Shown: positions 38,668 through 52,255 of the stretch, in pieces
Numbering within the stretch: the first letter of the stretch is position 1
Layout of the letters: each line of letters opens with the position of its first letter
Source: Octopus sinensis
Taxonomy: Eukaryota
Assembly: GCF_006345805.1 (NCBI RefSeq)
Contig: NW_021835976.1
Location: 5,548-69,547 of the forward strand
Reading direction: 5' to 3'
Length of the DNA stretch: 64,000 nt
Notes under the pieces: generated by a model
Seen by the model: the letters and a program-made list of their open reading frames with translations, nothing else
Database searches by the model: none
Told to the model about the DNA's origin: nothing
Translations under genes and position numbers: made by a program

Positions 38668-38969
38668 ATATATATATGAAGTAGAAATAGAAGTGCATTC
38701 ATGTACATGTGGGAATATGAGTGAGCGTGTGTAATTGTGCGTATAAAGAACTGTCGGTTTGTATACATACGAATGTATGTATTATGTACATACGGTTTAT
38801 ATACATACGAATGCTCATGCAAAAATGTATATGCTTAGGTAGAAATAAAAAGAAATCTATCGCATAATATATATATATATATATACACCGAGATATATAG
38901 CTTTGTTTCACTGTATAATTTATTTCTGATGTATCTGCAAACATATATACGTGCATGCACACACACACA

Positions 38970-39017
<48 letters not shown>

Positions 39018-39180
39018 CATATATATGTATGTATGTATACAGAGAGAAAGAGAGACCGAGAGACAGACACACATACACATATATGTGTACATATGTATAT
39101 ATACATATATAATATATATATATATATATATGTATATAAGTATTATATATATATATATTATATATATATATGTATATAAG

Positions 39181-39235
<55 letters not shown>

Positions 39236-39250
39236 TATATATATATATTT
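38500..39250. repeat. (TA)n/(CA)n microsatellite cluster
   Basis: Directly visible. Confidence 0.95.
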
Positions 39251-39502
39251 GCTTTTTTATTGTTATTTAAATCACTTAAACATGTTTATATATTTTGTAT
39301 ATTTTGAAAGCATCCTAATGTAATCCTTATTTTCCTCTTAAAACACTCAAGACTTTCCTGATAACGTATTTAAAATGCAAAGGTATACTTTTTATATATG
39401 TTTTGTAATTTTAATCTTATTTGAGAAATGAAATACTTGCTTGATATGTTGATTATTTAATAAATTAATTTGTAACCATTATATCCCTCTGTTTTTTTTA
39501 AA

Positions 39503-39574
<72 letters not shown>

Positions 39575-39576
<2 letters not shown>

Positions 39577-40265
39577 CACAGACACGCAGGATGTAAATAG
39601 ACACCTTGATATGTTTTTAGTGGTGTGGAATTTGCAAGGTAATTATTCTTTTTCATTGCAGGTGTCAATATATTAAATATTTGGGAAGAGCAGCCATGCC
39701 ACGCACAAAAAAAAAAAAATCAGTAGAACAGTCAGATTTTCAAAGAGGTTGTATTATTGGGCAATCTGAGGCTGGTCTTAGCCAGCGAAAAATTGCCGAA
39801 AATCTTGACATTCCTGTTGCCACTGTTACTAGAATTAAAGTGCAATTCAAACGCAAAGGAACAGAATCAACAGATTCTTGTCCTGGGTCCTCGGAAATGA
39901 AGCTTTGCTGTTTGAAAAGAATTGTGGAAAACGAACCCCGTTCGAAGGCTTCTGACATTGCAGAACAGCTAGCAGTTAATCCAAGAATGTGCGTTATATA
40001 TCTATATAAGTTTGAGTATTATGGACGAAGAGCTAGAAGGAATCATCTCCTTCAACCAATTGATAACATAAAAAGAAAGTAATGAGCTAAGGAGATATCA
40101 GAAAAATCCAGTTCATTTTGGGATAGAGTGATTTTCTCAGATGAATCTAGATTTGCATTATTTTCAGACAGTGGACGTGTTTGGGTCTGGAGGCTTCCCA
40201 ATCAAGAATTTGATTTGAAACGACTCCAACCAACTGTGAAACATGGCGGTATCTCTGTATTGGTA
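39575..40265 (+). mobile_element. Tc1 transposon 5' half (truncated transposase)
   Basis: MPRTKKKKSVEQSDFQRGCIIGQSEAGLSQRKIAENLDIP (HTH), then [44 protein letters not shown] after a stop. Confidence 0.9.
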
Positions 40266-40309
40266 AAATACAGGTGATCGTGTGTGAACTGATTGTGTCT
40301 TGAGAGAAA

Positions 40310-40525
40310 TTGTCCCAAATACAAAGAGTTGGAAGAGCACTGCATTAAGAAAAGCTGCCAGACAAGTGGTGAGGCAATCAAAGTGGGGTGCCGGGGTTTC
40401 TTGGGGCGTTCATTTCACAAGGCTCTCTCTGGAATTGTTTTATTAGTGCATCAAAACTAAGGCCATAAATTCCATCACTGGAGGTGCAGAGAAGGTGAAT
40501 GTTAGGCTCTGGATAATACGGGCAG
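40310..40525 (+). mobile_element. HERO-like (R2 group) LINE C-terminal RLE fragment
   Basis: KYKELEEHCIKKSCQTSGEAIKVGCRGFLGRS, resembling the KY.DL...VEVGCRGF motif. Confidence 0.6.
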
Positions 40526-40619
40526 ACCAAGATTTTGATAGTACAGGGATGCAAGCCCGGACTTCCTAAACTTCGGCAGGGTAAAAAGTTAAATGTAAAG
40601 TTATATTCTCAAGTGATAC

Positions 40620-40840
40620 CGACTCATAAAGACCAGTTTCTCAGTTTCAGTGGAATATATGTTTCCCCTCATAGACGGGGGGGGTCCGTTGCAGGATTTC
40701 TCATATTTGCCAGCTGAGTGGACTGGAGCAATGTGAAGTGAAGTGTCTTGCTCAAGAACACAACGCATCGCCCGGTCCAGGAATCGAAACCACAATCTTA
40801 CGATCATGACTCCAAAACCCTAACCACTAAGCCACACGCT
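40620..40840 (-). mobile_element. SINE family C
   Basis: GCCAGCTGAGTGGACTGGAGCAA...GGAATCGAAACC...CCTAACCACTAAGCCAC. Confidence 0.85.
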
Positions 40841-41172
40841 ACCACACTTCGGCTGAATCAACAAGACAAGTTGAGATCTGAATGTTGAGACCGAAAGCTG
40901 AGGATGCACTTCATAGCAGCATTGACATGTATATTGGCATAAAAGATGATCATTTTTTGTAATTTTAATATCCAAAATATAGAAAAATTGCAGGAAGATG
41001 CATGCAAATCTCAAACCAAACATCTTCCATTTTTTTGTCTGTTTTGGTTACTGAATATGTGCTGTTTGTGTCGATGGATGTCGTTCAGAAATCGCATTCT
41101 TTGGCATTTCGGCAGAAAACATATATATACATACATACATATATATTCACACACACGTGTGTGTGTGTGTGT

Positions 41173-41503
41173 GAAGGCGCATGGCTCAGTGGTTAGAGCG
41201 TCAAACTTGTGACCATGAGGTTGTGAGTTCGAATCCCGGATCAGGTTGCGTATTGTGTTCTTGAGCAAGACACCTTATTTCACGTTTCTCCAATTCACTC
41301 AGCCGTAGAAATGAGTTGCGACGTCACTGGTGCCAAGCTCCATCGGCCTTTGCCTTTCCCTTGGATAATACTGGTGGCGTGGAGAGGGGAGGCCGGTATG
41401 CATGGGCGACTGCTGGTCTTCCATAGCAACCTTGCCCGGACTTGACTTGGGACGGTAACTTTCTAGGTGCAATCCCATAGTCATTCCTGACCGAAGGGGG
41501 TCC

Positions 41504-41505
<2 letters not shown>
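41173..41505 (+). mobile_element. tRNA-headed SINE (C-like core, different 3' tail)
   Basis: GGCGCATGGCTCAGTGGTTAGAGC A-box, GAGTTCGAATCCC B-box, TTGAGCAAGACAC core. Confidence 0.85.
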
Positions 41506-41547
<42 letters not shown>

Positions 41548-42099
41548 AGGTACAGGTGAGGATATAAACCTTGGAGGGATAAAACTATCGAAGACTAGAC
41601 TGGCTGAATGCCTAACAAAGCAGGCAAAACATATACAGTGTTATTGATATTAAGCAAAACAAAAGAGAAGATGGAGACATGATTAAAATAAGTTTACTGA
41701 CATTGGCCAAACCAGGCCTACAAATGTTTCAATTCATTGCTTGCAACATAAAAATTAACCAAATTTAATATAATTTAAATAAATTAATTGGTAATACAGT
41801 GTACTATTATAGTTTAAAATATATACACAGTTATCAAAATAGACACAGTTATAAAAAATATATAGTTAGTCATATTGTTTTTTAGACATATATTTAGTCT
41901 ATTGTTTTTTACACATCACCATTATTTGTATTTTTGAATGGGTATATCTACATTATCATTATTTATATCAATTTATGGCTAACTATACTTGGTTAAATTT
42001 TATGCTGTAAGTACTGAGTTGAAACAATTGTAGGTCTGGTCTTTTGTTAATAAACTTTTTTATTTATCTTATCTCCATCTTCTCCCTTCTCTTGTACAC

Positions 42100-42190
42100 A
42101 CACACACACACACACACAATACATACGTATATATATATATTATATATATATATATATATGTGTGTGTATATATGTATGTATGTGTATATT

Positions 42191-42226
<36 letters not shown>

Positions 42227-42285
42227 GATATATATATATAGATAGATAGATAGATAGATAGGTATATAGATAGATAGATAGATAT

Positions 42286-42379
<94 letters not shown>

Positions 42380-43776
42380 TTCTGTGTGTGTGTGCGTGCG
42401 TGTGTATTTGAAATAAAACACTAGTTGAAGAGTCACACTAATATATGTAGATGTTTCCTTTCTTTTTTTTTTATTTTATCCAGAAAGTCGAGAGTCACGT
42501 CAAATTTTCGTCTCCGTTACCTACCTCATATTTATCTGTCATTCTCTGTCACTCACTCTATCTTTCTGTCTCCCAATCTCTCTCTGCGTGTATCTATACA
42601 TACATTTTATTTTGTTATTTATCATTCTATAATAGCCTTTACTTATCTGTAATTTTGTACCTCTATAAATTCATACTTAGCTTATATAAAATAATACTGG
42701 TATATTCACTACTTAAACTGCTTAGATTATAATTTAATTAATATATAGTAAGCATGTTCTTTTACCTCAGTACACCTTTATTAAATACCAGTATATACCA
42801 ATTGATTAATCTTTATAGATACCATCTTATAATTTAGTAATTAAGTATATGATATGTATAAATATTAAACTATTTCGCGATAATTTCTTTTCCTCCCTAT
42901 ATTGTAGTAAAAGTCTCGTACATACTCAAATTTATTTAATCAATCTTTTTATCCTTTTGTTATAATATTCTTCTTAATAATCTTCTGAATAACCCTAATT
43001 TTAACTTTATACTATATGGCAATATTGTTTAAAATATTTAACTATAGTATCACATGATATGATTTCCCCTGTTTCATAATCAAAGTTCTACTAGTGACCT
43101 GCCCCTTTAATTGTCTGCCAACATCCTGATTTAAGATTTCCTTTACCAAATCTCATGATATTGCTTCAAATAAATCTTGATAGTTTTTATGACTATACCC
43201 ACTATGATTTCTGTCGACTCCTTCAGCCAACTTCCTAACAGGCATTACTCCTTGCTCTTTTGGTCTTAGGTATACAAAGATTTGATAAATTAGTCTATAA
43301 ATTAAAACTAACCCCATAAAACAGTGACAAGAAAAATCTGTAACAAGTCTTTCTTCTTGATAGCTTAGTAGCTTCTAAGCTGAAGTGAAGACAGCATGTT
43401 TCTGTCTATCTCCTTACCTTTTAGGAGATTTTAGGTAAAATTACATTATTGTGCCCATATGTTTTAAGTTAATTAAATTCTATGTCTCTATGCAGCTGAG
43501 GATTGCTCTGCATTTAAATCTATGTAATGATTGCATTCTTCAATTGCATGGAGTTGCTTGAAATGATCGTACTGCATTACCTCAGTATATCTTTGTTGCA
43601 TATTTTGATTAGATAAATAGATAATAGATAGATAGATAGATAGATAGATAGTTGGATATACTGACAAAGACATAGGCATGTATGTATATTTCCATATATA
43701 TGTATGCATGAATGTATGTTTATATGTGTACGCCTATGGTTATATATATATATAAATATATATATACGCATATATG

Positions 43777-43841
<65 letters not shown>

Positions 43842-43996
43842 TATTATATATATATATTATATGCATATACATATACATATATGTATATGCATATACATAT
43901 ATGCATATACATATATGTATATGCATATACATATACATATACATATACATATATGCATATACATATACATACATACAAATATATATAAACAGAGGG

Positions 43997-44059
<63 letters not shown>

Positions 44060-44100
44060 GTGTGTGTGTGTGTGTGTCTGTGTGTGAATGTATGTATTTT
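42100..44100. repeat. (TA)n/(GATA)n/(CATATA)n/(GT)n clusters at ~42100-42400 and ~43590-44100
   Basis: Directly visible; AT-rich unassigned sequence lies between the two clusters. Confidence 0.85.
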
Positions 44101-45165
44101 TATATGTGTACATGTCTATACAAATTTGTTTCCAGAAAGAAAATAAAGAAGAAATGTATTGTTTGTTTTTGCGGCAACATGAGGAAGAAATGAAGAATAT
44201 GAAATAAGAAAATGGAATATGGAATAACATGTATTATGAGGAGGAATTTCAAAGATGAAATTTGAATGAGGAATCTTGGAAATACAACTCGAAAAGGAAT
44301 AACGTTTTTATTAAAGAGAAAAAATGTATTAGATTGGAGAATAGAACTTTAAATGAAAGTTTAACGTATCAAGCCGTATTTGAATAAATAGAAACAGAAG
44401 CGGAAAGAAAGAAAGAAAGAAGGTAAAATACATAACTTGCAAGTATCACAGAAGGAATGAAAGAAGGAAAGAAACATGAAAAAATATATAAAAATAAACA
44501 GTGAAAGATAGAAAATGAAAGAAAAGAAAGTCTGATGGTAATATATATACAATGTACGAATCGCAAAACAAGCGTAAGAATGAAAGAAATCATATACATG
44601 TGGGTGGCGGAGGGGGGAAAGAAAAACATGTGATAAAAAAGAAGAAATGCAGCTGATAAAACAACGATGGGACGAAAGCAAGGAGCAAGGGAAAAAGAAA
44701 TTAGGAATGAGAAAAAGATGGAAAGATATAATTTGCGCAAAAGACAAAGAAGGAAAAGGAAAAGTAATGAAGGAGAAGAGTGGAAATGAAACAAATAAAC
44801 GAAAAACAAGGAATGAATTTATGGATGAACGAATTAAAATGCTAGGATGAGAATGAAAGAAAGAAAAGAGGAAAAAAAATCGAGAAAATAATGCAGGAAT
44901 GATTTAAATGAAAACTAGCATTCGTGCTACGAAAATTGTAGATAAAATGAATTTGAGACTGAACAGGTATAGTGGCATGGTTAAGAAGCCCACTTTTTGA
45001 CCATGTGGTTTCGTGCTCAATCCCACAGCGCGGCTCTTCTTGCGGTATGAATATATATATGTATAATTTTCCCATATTGGCATTTTGCTAAATCAGCCAT
45101 GAATTTACATGGTAAATATATATACTGACAGTAGATTTTGCCAAGCCGTACGGCGATAAGTGTAG

Positions 45166-45217
45166 TCAGTACTGACGAGCTTTTAAGTTTTCAGGCGAAA
45201 CTTGTCTAGTCTAATGA
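45166..45217 (+). ncRNA. Type I hammerhead ribozyme with a GUC triplet
   Basis: UCAGUA-CUGACGA-GC...GC-GAAAC-UUGUCUA-GUC-UAAUGA; stem I has one mismatch. Confidence 0.75.
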
Positions 45218-45647
45218 TCCAGCTTTGCTTATGGAGTAATTATCTCCCCTGCCAGTATATGAAAATGAGCTTTCTTGCAGCTGTAAGGGTTTTTAACTCT
45301 TATTTATAGCAATGTTGGTGCTACCCAACGCCCTCAGTCACAATTAGTCACAACTGAATTTTCTTTTTTGGCTTTATATTGCCTACAGCTGCCTTCATTA
45401 TTTTGTGTGTGTGTGTGTGTTTGTGAGTGAATTCGTGTGTGCCCGTGTTTGCGTTTGTTTCACCATAGCTTGGCAACCGACGCTGTTTGGTTTTCGGCTC
45501 CGTAAATTTGTGGTTTAGTAGATGCCCCAACATGGCTGTCATCCAATGACTGTAAGAAGTAAAAGACAAAAATTAAAATATAAAAAATCAGAAAAATGAA
45601 AATATAAATAGGAATTAAAATCTGAAACATGAAAGGGAATGTGGATG

Positions 45648-46056
45648 CTGGAGTGGCTGTGTGGTAAGTAGCTTGATTACCAACCACATGGTTCCGGGTT
45701 CGGTTCTACTGCGTGACACCTTGGGCAATTGTCTTCTACTATAGCCTCGGGCCAATCAAAGCCTTGTGAGTAGATTTCGTAGACGGAAACTGAAAGAAGC
45801 CCGTCGTATATATGTATATATGTATATTTGTGTGTGCGTATGTTTGTGTGCCTGTGTTTGTCTCACCAACATCGCTTGACAACCGATGCTGGTGTGTTTA
45901 CGTCCCCGTAACTTAGCGGTTCGGCATAAGTAACACCGATAGAATAAGTACTAGGCTTACAAAGAATAAATCCTGGGGTCGATTTGCTCGACAAAAAGCG
46001 GTGCTCCAGCATGTACACAGTCAAATGACTGAAACAAGTAAAAGAGTAAAAGAGTA
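45648..46056 (+). mobile_element. SINE family B, full length
   Basis: GGAGTGGCTGTGTGGTAAG head, CCGGGTTC B-box, internal (TA)/(GT) tract, AATGACTGAAACAAGTAAAAGAG tail. Confidence 0.9.
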
Positions 46057-46619
46057 TGTATTAAGAGAGAGAGAGAGAGGGGGGAGAGGAAAGGAGAGAA
46101 AGGAAGGGAGAAAGACGGGGGAGAAAGAAAGCGAGGAAGGGAGCGAGAGAGACTGACACACAAATGAAGAAAAAAGGGGAGAAAGGTGTAAAACACAAGT
46201 AGCGGTAATCTCCGAACATGAATTTTCATACATGGTTGAACAAAAGCATTTAGCGGCATTTATTCCATCTTTATATTTTCTTAGTACAAAACTTGCCGAT
46301 GTCAAATTTATTTTCTGCAATCTAGGGTTGATGATATAAGTAACATTTAATAACTGGAGGTCCATGGAACAGACTAACTACCTCCCCTAATATTGTTTGT
46401 GTTCTGCCAAAATTCGTTATTTAGTTATATAGATATTCAGACACAAGGAAAACGGTTCTGCCGTTTCGGATACACACCCTTCTTCAGAGAAGGCAATCTG
46501 TGATATGGATACTTACTGTTAGTAATGGCACTTTCTACAGTCAATTTCAGAAGAAATCTTTATTGTAGAAATCCAGAGTGCCTACTTCTACAGATGTGAA
46601 ACCAGAGAAATTTTTCACC

Positions 46620-46830
46620 AGCGTAGCTAGATGTGTAGCGTAGCTAGATGTGTAGCGTAGCTAGATGTGTAGCGTAGCTACATGTGTACCGTAGCTAAAG
46701 TGTGCTAGAGTGTGCCGCCTCCGGACTCCAGAAAAAGCTCATATTGCCTACAGCAGACCCAAAAGTTGTGCTCCTTTAAAAGTGCCGCCCGGAGCGGATC
46801 GGCCATAACTCCCCACCCCTAGCTACGCTA
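46620..46830. mobile_element. Small TIR element with a tandemly amplified 17-bp left end
   Basis: AGCGTAGCTAGATGTGT about 4.5 times (46620-46697); inverted TAGCTACGCT at ~46820-46829. Confidence 0.6.
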
Positions 46831-47062
46831 GTGCACTCATTCGATCCGTAGCCAAGGCCATTTCATGGTTGTTATATTCGGATGCTTTTGATAGAGTTCA
46901 ACGTTAACAGGATCCATAGGTAACCATAGGCGCCCTTCCCCAATGCCGAGTCCACAGACATATTTTGTAAGCAAAAGGGAATCATCTGACATGGACACCG
47001 GAAATTGTCAGATTAGATGACTTCTGCGTATTGCGCTTCCCCAGGGCCTAACGTTTGATTGT

Positions 47063-47425
47063 CGCATACCAGTCATATTTCACTGTCAACAATATATAGA
47101 ATATCAGTCGCTTTGTCAATGATGTCGTAAACAAGCAGCTGGCGTATTGAAAGTAAATATTAGCAACGGAACCAGTATTAATACCGTGTAGCAAAATTCA
47201 TATCTCAAAAGACATAGGTGTATTATTAGAAAATCGAATACTGTGGTACTCGCCTGAGAAGTGTTTTAAAACAGACGCAAGGCTCCAAGAGCACGACATA
47301 TATCGATGGCAGACGAGAACTGTCTGTAATTCTATATATCGTTGACACTGAGATTTATTTGGTATGCGTGAAGAGGAGACCTGTCACTGAAGAAGCACAG
47401 TGCGCTGAAACCTAGGGTTCCAGAA
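47063..47425. repeat. 40-bp inverted repeat (47063-47102 / 47329-47368) followed by a hammerhead-like core
   Basis: CGCATACC...GTCAACAATATATAGAAT inverted; CTGAAGA at 47387 and GAAAC at 47407. Confidence 0.6.
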
Positions 47426-47753
47426 GTTCTGGCGCCCACGTCAGGGGATTTGCGTCTGCTAAAGGCATATGTCTATGTTCTTAGGACCGAAGTGATGTCT
47501 CGAGTCAAATACGTCAGTATTAGGCTCTTTAATGATATATCCACGTTGAGTAGAACATAAAGATATATATGTACGTATGTATGTTACATCACTAAACTAC
47601 ATTTCTTAATTTTCTTCGTTGTCCCTCTGAGTTTCGTCTTTCTTTTCTCTTCCAGTTTTGTATTTGAGGTGGGGAGAGAAAATGTCTTTCTCTATTAAAA
47701 CAAACACATCCTATACACACAGGCGTATGTACACTCTGTCTCTTTCCCCTTCT

Positions 47754-47789
<36 letters not shown>

Positions 47790-49824
47790 TACACACACAC
47801 ACACGCACACACATATATACGCACAGAAGCACTTACACATTTGACATGGTACTAGTAGTAAAACTTCAAAGAAACGAAAGAAATTTATACTAATTGTATA
47901 ACACTCTTTGTATTTAAACCTTAGGTAAATGATATCGTTAATTATCTTTCTTCTACTTTATATTCATCTTAAAATAATATATTTTATAGTCGTTTCGTTT
48001 ATCGATGATAACAGTGTAGATATAAATTAATATGAAATATTTATATTGGTGTATTATTAAATATAAATATTTTCCCATTAATAGTCGTATAAATATCTAT
48101 ATTCATATATTATAAAGATAATTTTATTTGATTGCATATAAGGTTAGTGTTTGGGGAAATCACGAAAACATTAAAATGTCAGTCGAAATTCTGTATATAA
48201 ATATTTTTTTCTTTTAGTTCAATAACTAAGGTTAATTTAATGAATTTTAAAGTGTTTTTCTTCGTTTGTTGCTTGTTTTTTCTTTGTGTGTTTATTCTCA
48301 ATATGAATTACAGAGAAGTACTATAATTAATAGAGCAGCGGGCTTAATGTATTTCACTGTTTAGTAACGATTGATTTGAAATCTCGCTATGGTCGACTTT
48401 TACCTTCTGGACGGTTATTGATAAATTCTACAACTCTTCATTCTAAACGGTTTTCGTTATTCGGATTCGTTAGTTGAAGCATTACTCCCTTAAAGTGCTT
48501 TAGTACTGGAGGTACAAGAAGAAGAAGTAAACCATGTTGTAATACCAATGCAGGGACTAAGTTGGATTTGCTTTATAGTATTAATCAAAACCAGAAAATT
48601 GGCAGAAACGATAAATCATCTCCTAAAGTTATATGCATTATGCGATACTAAGTTTAAATCTTAATGTGTTCAAGTTAGATTTTATATGGGTTACCGCTTT
48701 AAAATCACCGCTTTCAAAATTGCGCACAGTTATGGAACAAGTGATGTGTAAGTAATTACCAGCATAATTTTCCTTCAGTTGCGATACGTGACAGGATAAG
48801 TCTGATAGGAATGAAAATTCAGAAATAATATTCATATTTTTCAAACTGATCAATGAAGAGTAAATTTTCACCAATAAAATGTTGATAGTCGGATCACACC
48901 AATCTTAGGCAAATTATCTTTTGAATCCACTCAAAGTTCAATGATTTCAGTCTTGTTAAATCACTGTTTACATCGTAAAGGCTTTTATCCGAAACAAATA
49001 GTCTGACAATAACTAATATGGTGAACGTTAGATATTATCTCCAGAACAAAACAAAACGTCAGTAAACAATATTGTTGATACACAGCAAAACTCACTATAT
49101 TTTATCTAATTCTCGGTATATTAATCCTCTTTAGTCGTCTTACTGAGAACGTGTAATAAAGCTAAAAGGTGTTTGTTGCTTTTACCAAATATTTTTAACA
49201 TCCACTCCAATCAGCATTGTCTATTTTCCCCACAAAATTTTAATCAACTGATCTTTTGGTAGTTACTTCCTTTGTTTTTAATAAATTTTATACATTCCGA
49301 AGGGACAGATTTACTTACTAATTATTTGGATTCATCGAAGTTATATAACTCACTGTATTACTAGAATGAAAAACTATCGTGTTAGTAAAAATAGAAAAAT
49401 ATATCTATATGGTTTCTTCGTTAATGTTACTCAATCCTTTCATTCTTTATAACAAATATATTTTTCAATAGTAATTTATAATCTGGACATGTCCAACAAT
49501 TTCACTGAAACAATAAGATTCCTATACAGATATATGATATCCATTGCACACTCCGGTGACGACGAATTTACTATCTCCAAACGTAACATGTCAGGAGAGA
49601 TCATTATAACTGGCTTATAAGGCATTTATCCCTCAGTAATACGACCGACTAAATTGTCCAGTTTTGATATCCATTATTTGTTTGTCTTAGTTTTTAGTTT
49701 CCCTTTTTAGCTAGCAGGCATATATACCCAAGAAAGAAGCAAAAGCTGATATATTGATTACATACATACACACATACATATATACATGCATGCATACATA
49801 GATACATACGTACATACCTAATAA

Positions 49825-50095
49825 ACACGAGACAGTGAAATCCTTAGAGCTCCAAGATACAACCGAAAATGTAGATTATGTCACATTCTTGTGGAAGATA
49901 TCACACATGTGATTAGCAGCTGCTCCAAAATGTCATGAAAGTACTTACTGTCTCGCTAAGCGACATGATATTGTCCCGAAAACAATATACAATGCCTTCC
50001 GGGAAAAAAAACACTGTCCTGGAATAATTAAAGAAAATCCCAGTTATTGAATATGTGCACAAACGTCAACACAATAAATACTGGTGAAACATTCT
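49825..50095 (+). mobile_element. Dong/R4 LINE C-terminal fragment (zinc finger to RLE)
   Basis: KCRLCHILVEDITHVISSCSKMS...RHDIVPKTIY...KYW. Confidence 0.75.
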
Positions 50096-50123
50096 TAGGT
50101 GTAGGAGTGGCTAGTATAGGCGT

Positions 50124-50537
50124 AGGAGTAGCTGTGTGGTAAGTAGCTTGCTTACGAACCACATAGTTCCGGGTTCAGTCCCACTGCGTGACACCCTGGG
50201 CAAGTGTCTTCTACTATAGCCTCGGGCCGACCAAAGCCTTATGAGTGAATTTGGTAGACAGAAACTGAAAGAAGCCCGTCCTATATATGTATATTATATA
50301 TATATATGTATGTGTGTATATGTTTGTGTGTCTGTGTGTGTCCTCCCCAACATCGCTTAACAACCGATGCTGTTGTGTTTACGTCTCCGTAACTTAGCAG
50401 TTCGGCAAAAGAGACCGATGGAATAAGTACTATGCTTACAAAGAATAAGTCCTGGGGGTCGATTTGCTCGACTGAAGTCGGTGCTCCAGCATGGCCACAG
50501 TCAAATGACTGAAACAAGTAAAAGAGTAAAGAGTAAA
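50124..50537 (+). mobile_element. SINE family B, full length
   Basis: Highly similar to the copy at 45648-46056. Confidence 0.9.
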
Positions 50538-50977
50538 CCATCTATCAAGAGTAAGCATAACAGGCTGGACATTATTGTATGTGACCAAGGCAATGTCATA
50601 GAAATCAGCTTTCCTGCTACTGTGAATACCTCTTTGAAAATCAAAGGGAAAGACAGAGGGTAACTGTGGACAACTGCTTCAAAAACTCCAGTTTATATAC
50701 CCAAATAACAAATTTACGTTTATACCAAAAGTGATTAGTGCATTCGGTTTTGTAAGTAAATGCTTTACTGACAGTGAGGATGAGCTTGAGGTTTAAGAAA
50801 AGAAATTAAGTAAATGACTCGCACATAACAAATACCATCTGTTAGAATAACTGTAAAATTATGCAAGATATGTTTCACTTTTAATAGGTGGCATTGTTCT
50901 TGTTATCTACATTCCAACGATAGAGTTTTGTATCTTTGTTAGAAGCAAGCTCCTTCTTCGGAGGAAATATTTAAATG

Positions 50978-52255
50978 ATCATGAGGGTCAACAAAAAGTT
51001 CCTAGGCTGAACAAGCTGCCCTCATGCAATGTAATTAACTGAGGTTTATTTTTCAATATAGAGCCCTTTAAGGCACACACACTTTTCTATCAGTTTGCAA
51101 TACTTGGATACTATTGTTGCAGTTTTCATTTTGTTTGTAAACAATTCATAAATAGCTGCTATGACATCATCGTCATCACTGGAATACTAGTTTCCAGTAA
51201 AGTGTTTTTTCATGTTGAAAGACAGATAAAAGTCAGATTGAGTCAAATCTGGAGAATAAGGAATCTGAACAACTACTTCAAATCCTCAGTCACGCATAGC
51301 AGCCATTGAAAGCAAGGACTTGTGTGCTGGAGCATCGTCCTAATGAAACACGGCACCTTAAATTAGTTTTTCTGGGCAATTGGTCTTGATAGACTTTGGG
51401 AACTGCCTCAGCAATTTGGCATAATACACGACATTGAAGGTGTGGCGCTTTTGAAGGTAATCAATAAACACATCACCTGCATTTCAAAAAACTGAGACCA
51501 TCACTTTCCCTGCAGATGAAACTACCTTAGTCTACCTTGGAGTAGGTGAGAATACGTATTTCTACTACATGGATTATCTCTTTGGCTCTAGTTCAAATTA
51601 TGAACCCAACATTCATCCTGGCCTATGACATATTCAAGAAAATCAGCTGCATCTATCTTAATGTGAGATTTCTTCGTGATATGATCAGCATGGTGATCTT
51701 TTGATAAAGTATCAGAAGTGCTACCCACCAAACAGAAACCTTCTCCAAGCCAAGTTCATTGTGTTGATTATTCTCAACACCCTCACAGGATATGTTAATA
51801 GCATTGACGTTTTGAATTATATTCAATTGTGTACCATCCATCACCATGTGTTGAAAACGATCAATATTTTCCTCGGTAGAGGCAGTTGCAGAACTACCTG
51901 ACCTTGAGTAACATTCAAGAATCTCCTTTCGCCTTCTAAATTCAGCTGCCCATCTTTGCACTGTTGATAAAGCTGGAGAGTTATCCCATAATGTAGCAAA
52001 TATGTCAGTATAAATTTCCTTTGGGTCTAAATTAATTTCTGCAGGTACTTTATGGAGTACTAACTTTTGTCTCTTTTCAAGAGAAGTCGCTACTAGCTAC
52101 TTTTGAAATCTTTGAACAGCAATATGTCAGTTTACCCGGAAAGAAACAATGCAGTTATCAATAAAAGGTGATGAAATTAATGCATTCAAGATTTTACAGC
52201 TCTAACATAATTTTTCCATAGTCAGCCTCTGAACTTTGCAGCTCACTCTTGAATA
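50978..52255 (-). mobile_element. mariner (DD34D) transposon, decayed, near full length
   Basis: QRWAAEFRRRKEILE...RSGSSATASTEENID (ORF 51653-51961); H*DDAPAHKS and PYSPDLTQSDFY further on; degenerate TIR-like ends. Confidence 0.85.

Noticed and set aside
41173-41250. tRNA-like sequences with A and B boxes (also at other SINE heads)
   Set aside because: No complete cloverleaf or acceptor stem; each continues into a SINE body
42700-43480. AT-rich minus-strand sequence that might be a decayed retroelement ORF
   Set aside because: No motif I could confidently recognise
46620-46697. CRISPR-like direct repeats
   Set aside because: Contiguous 17-bp tandem units with no spacers, in a eukaryotic context
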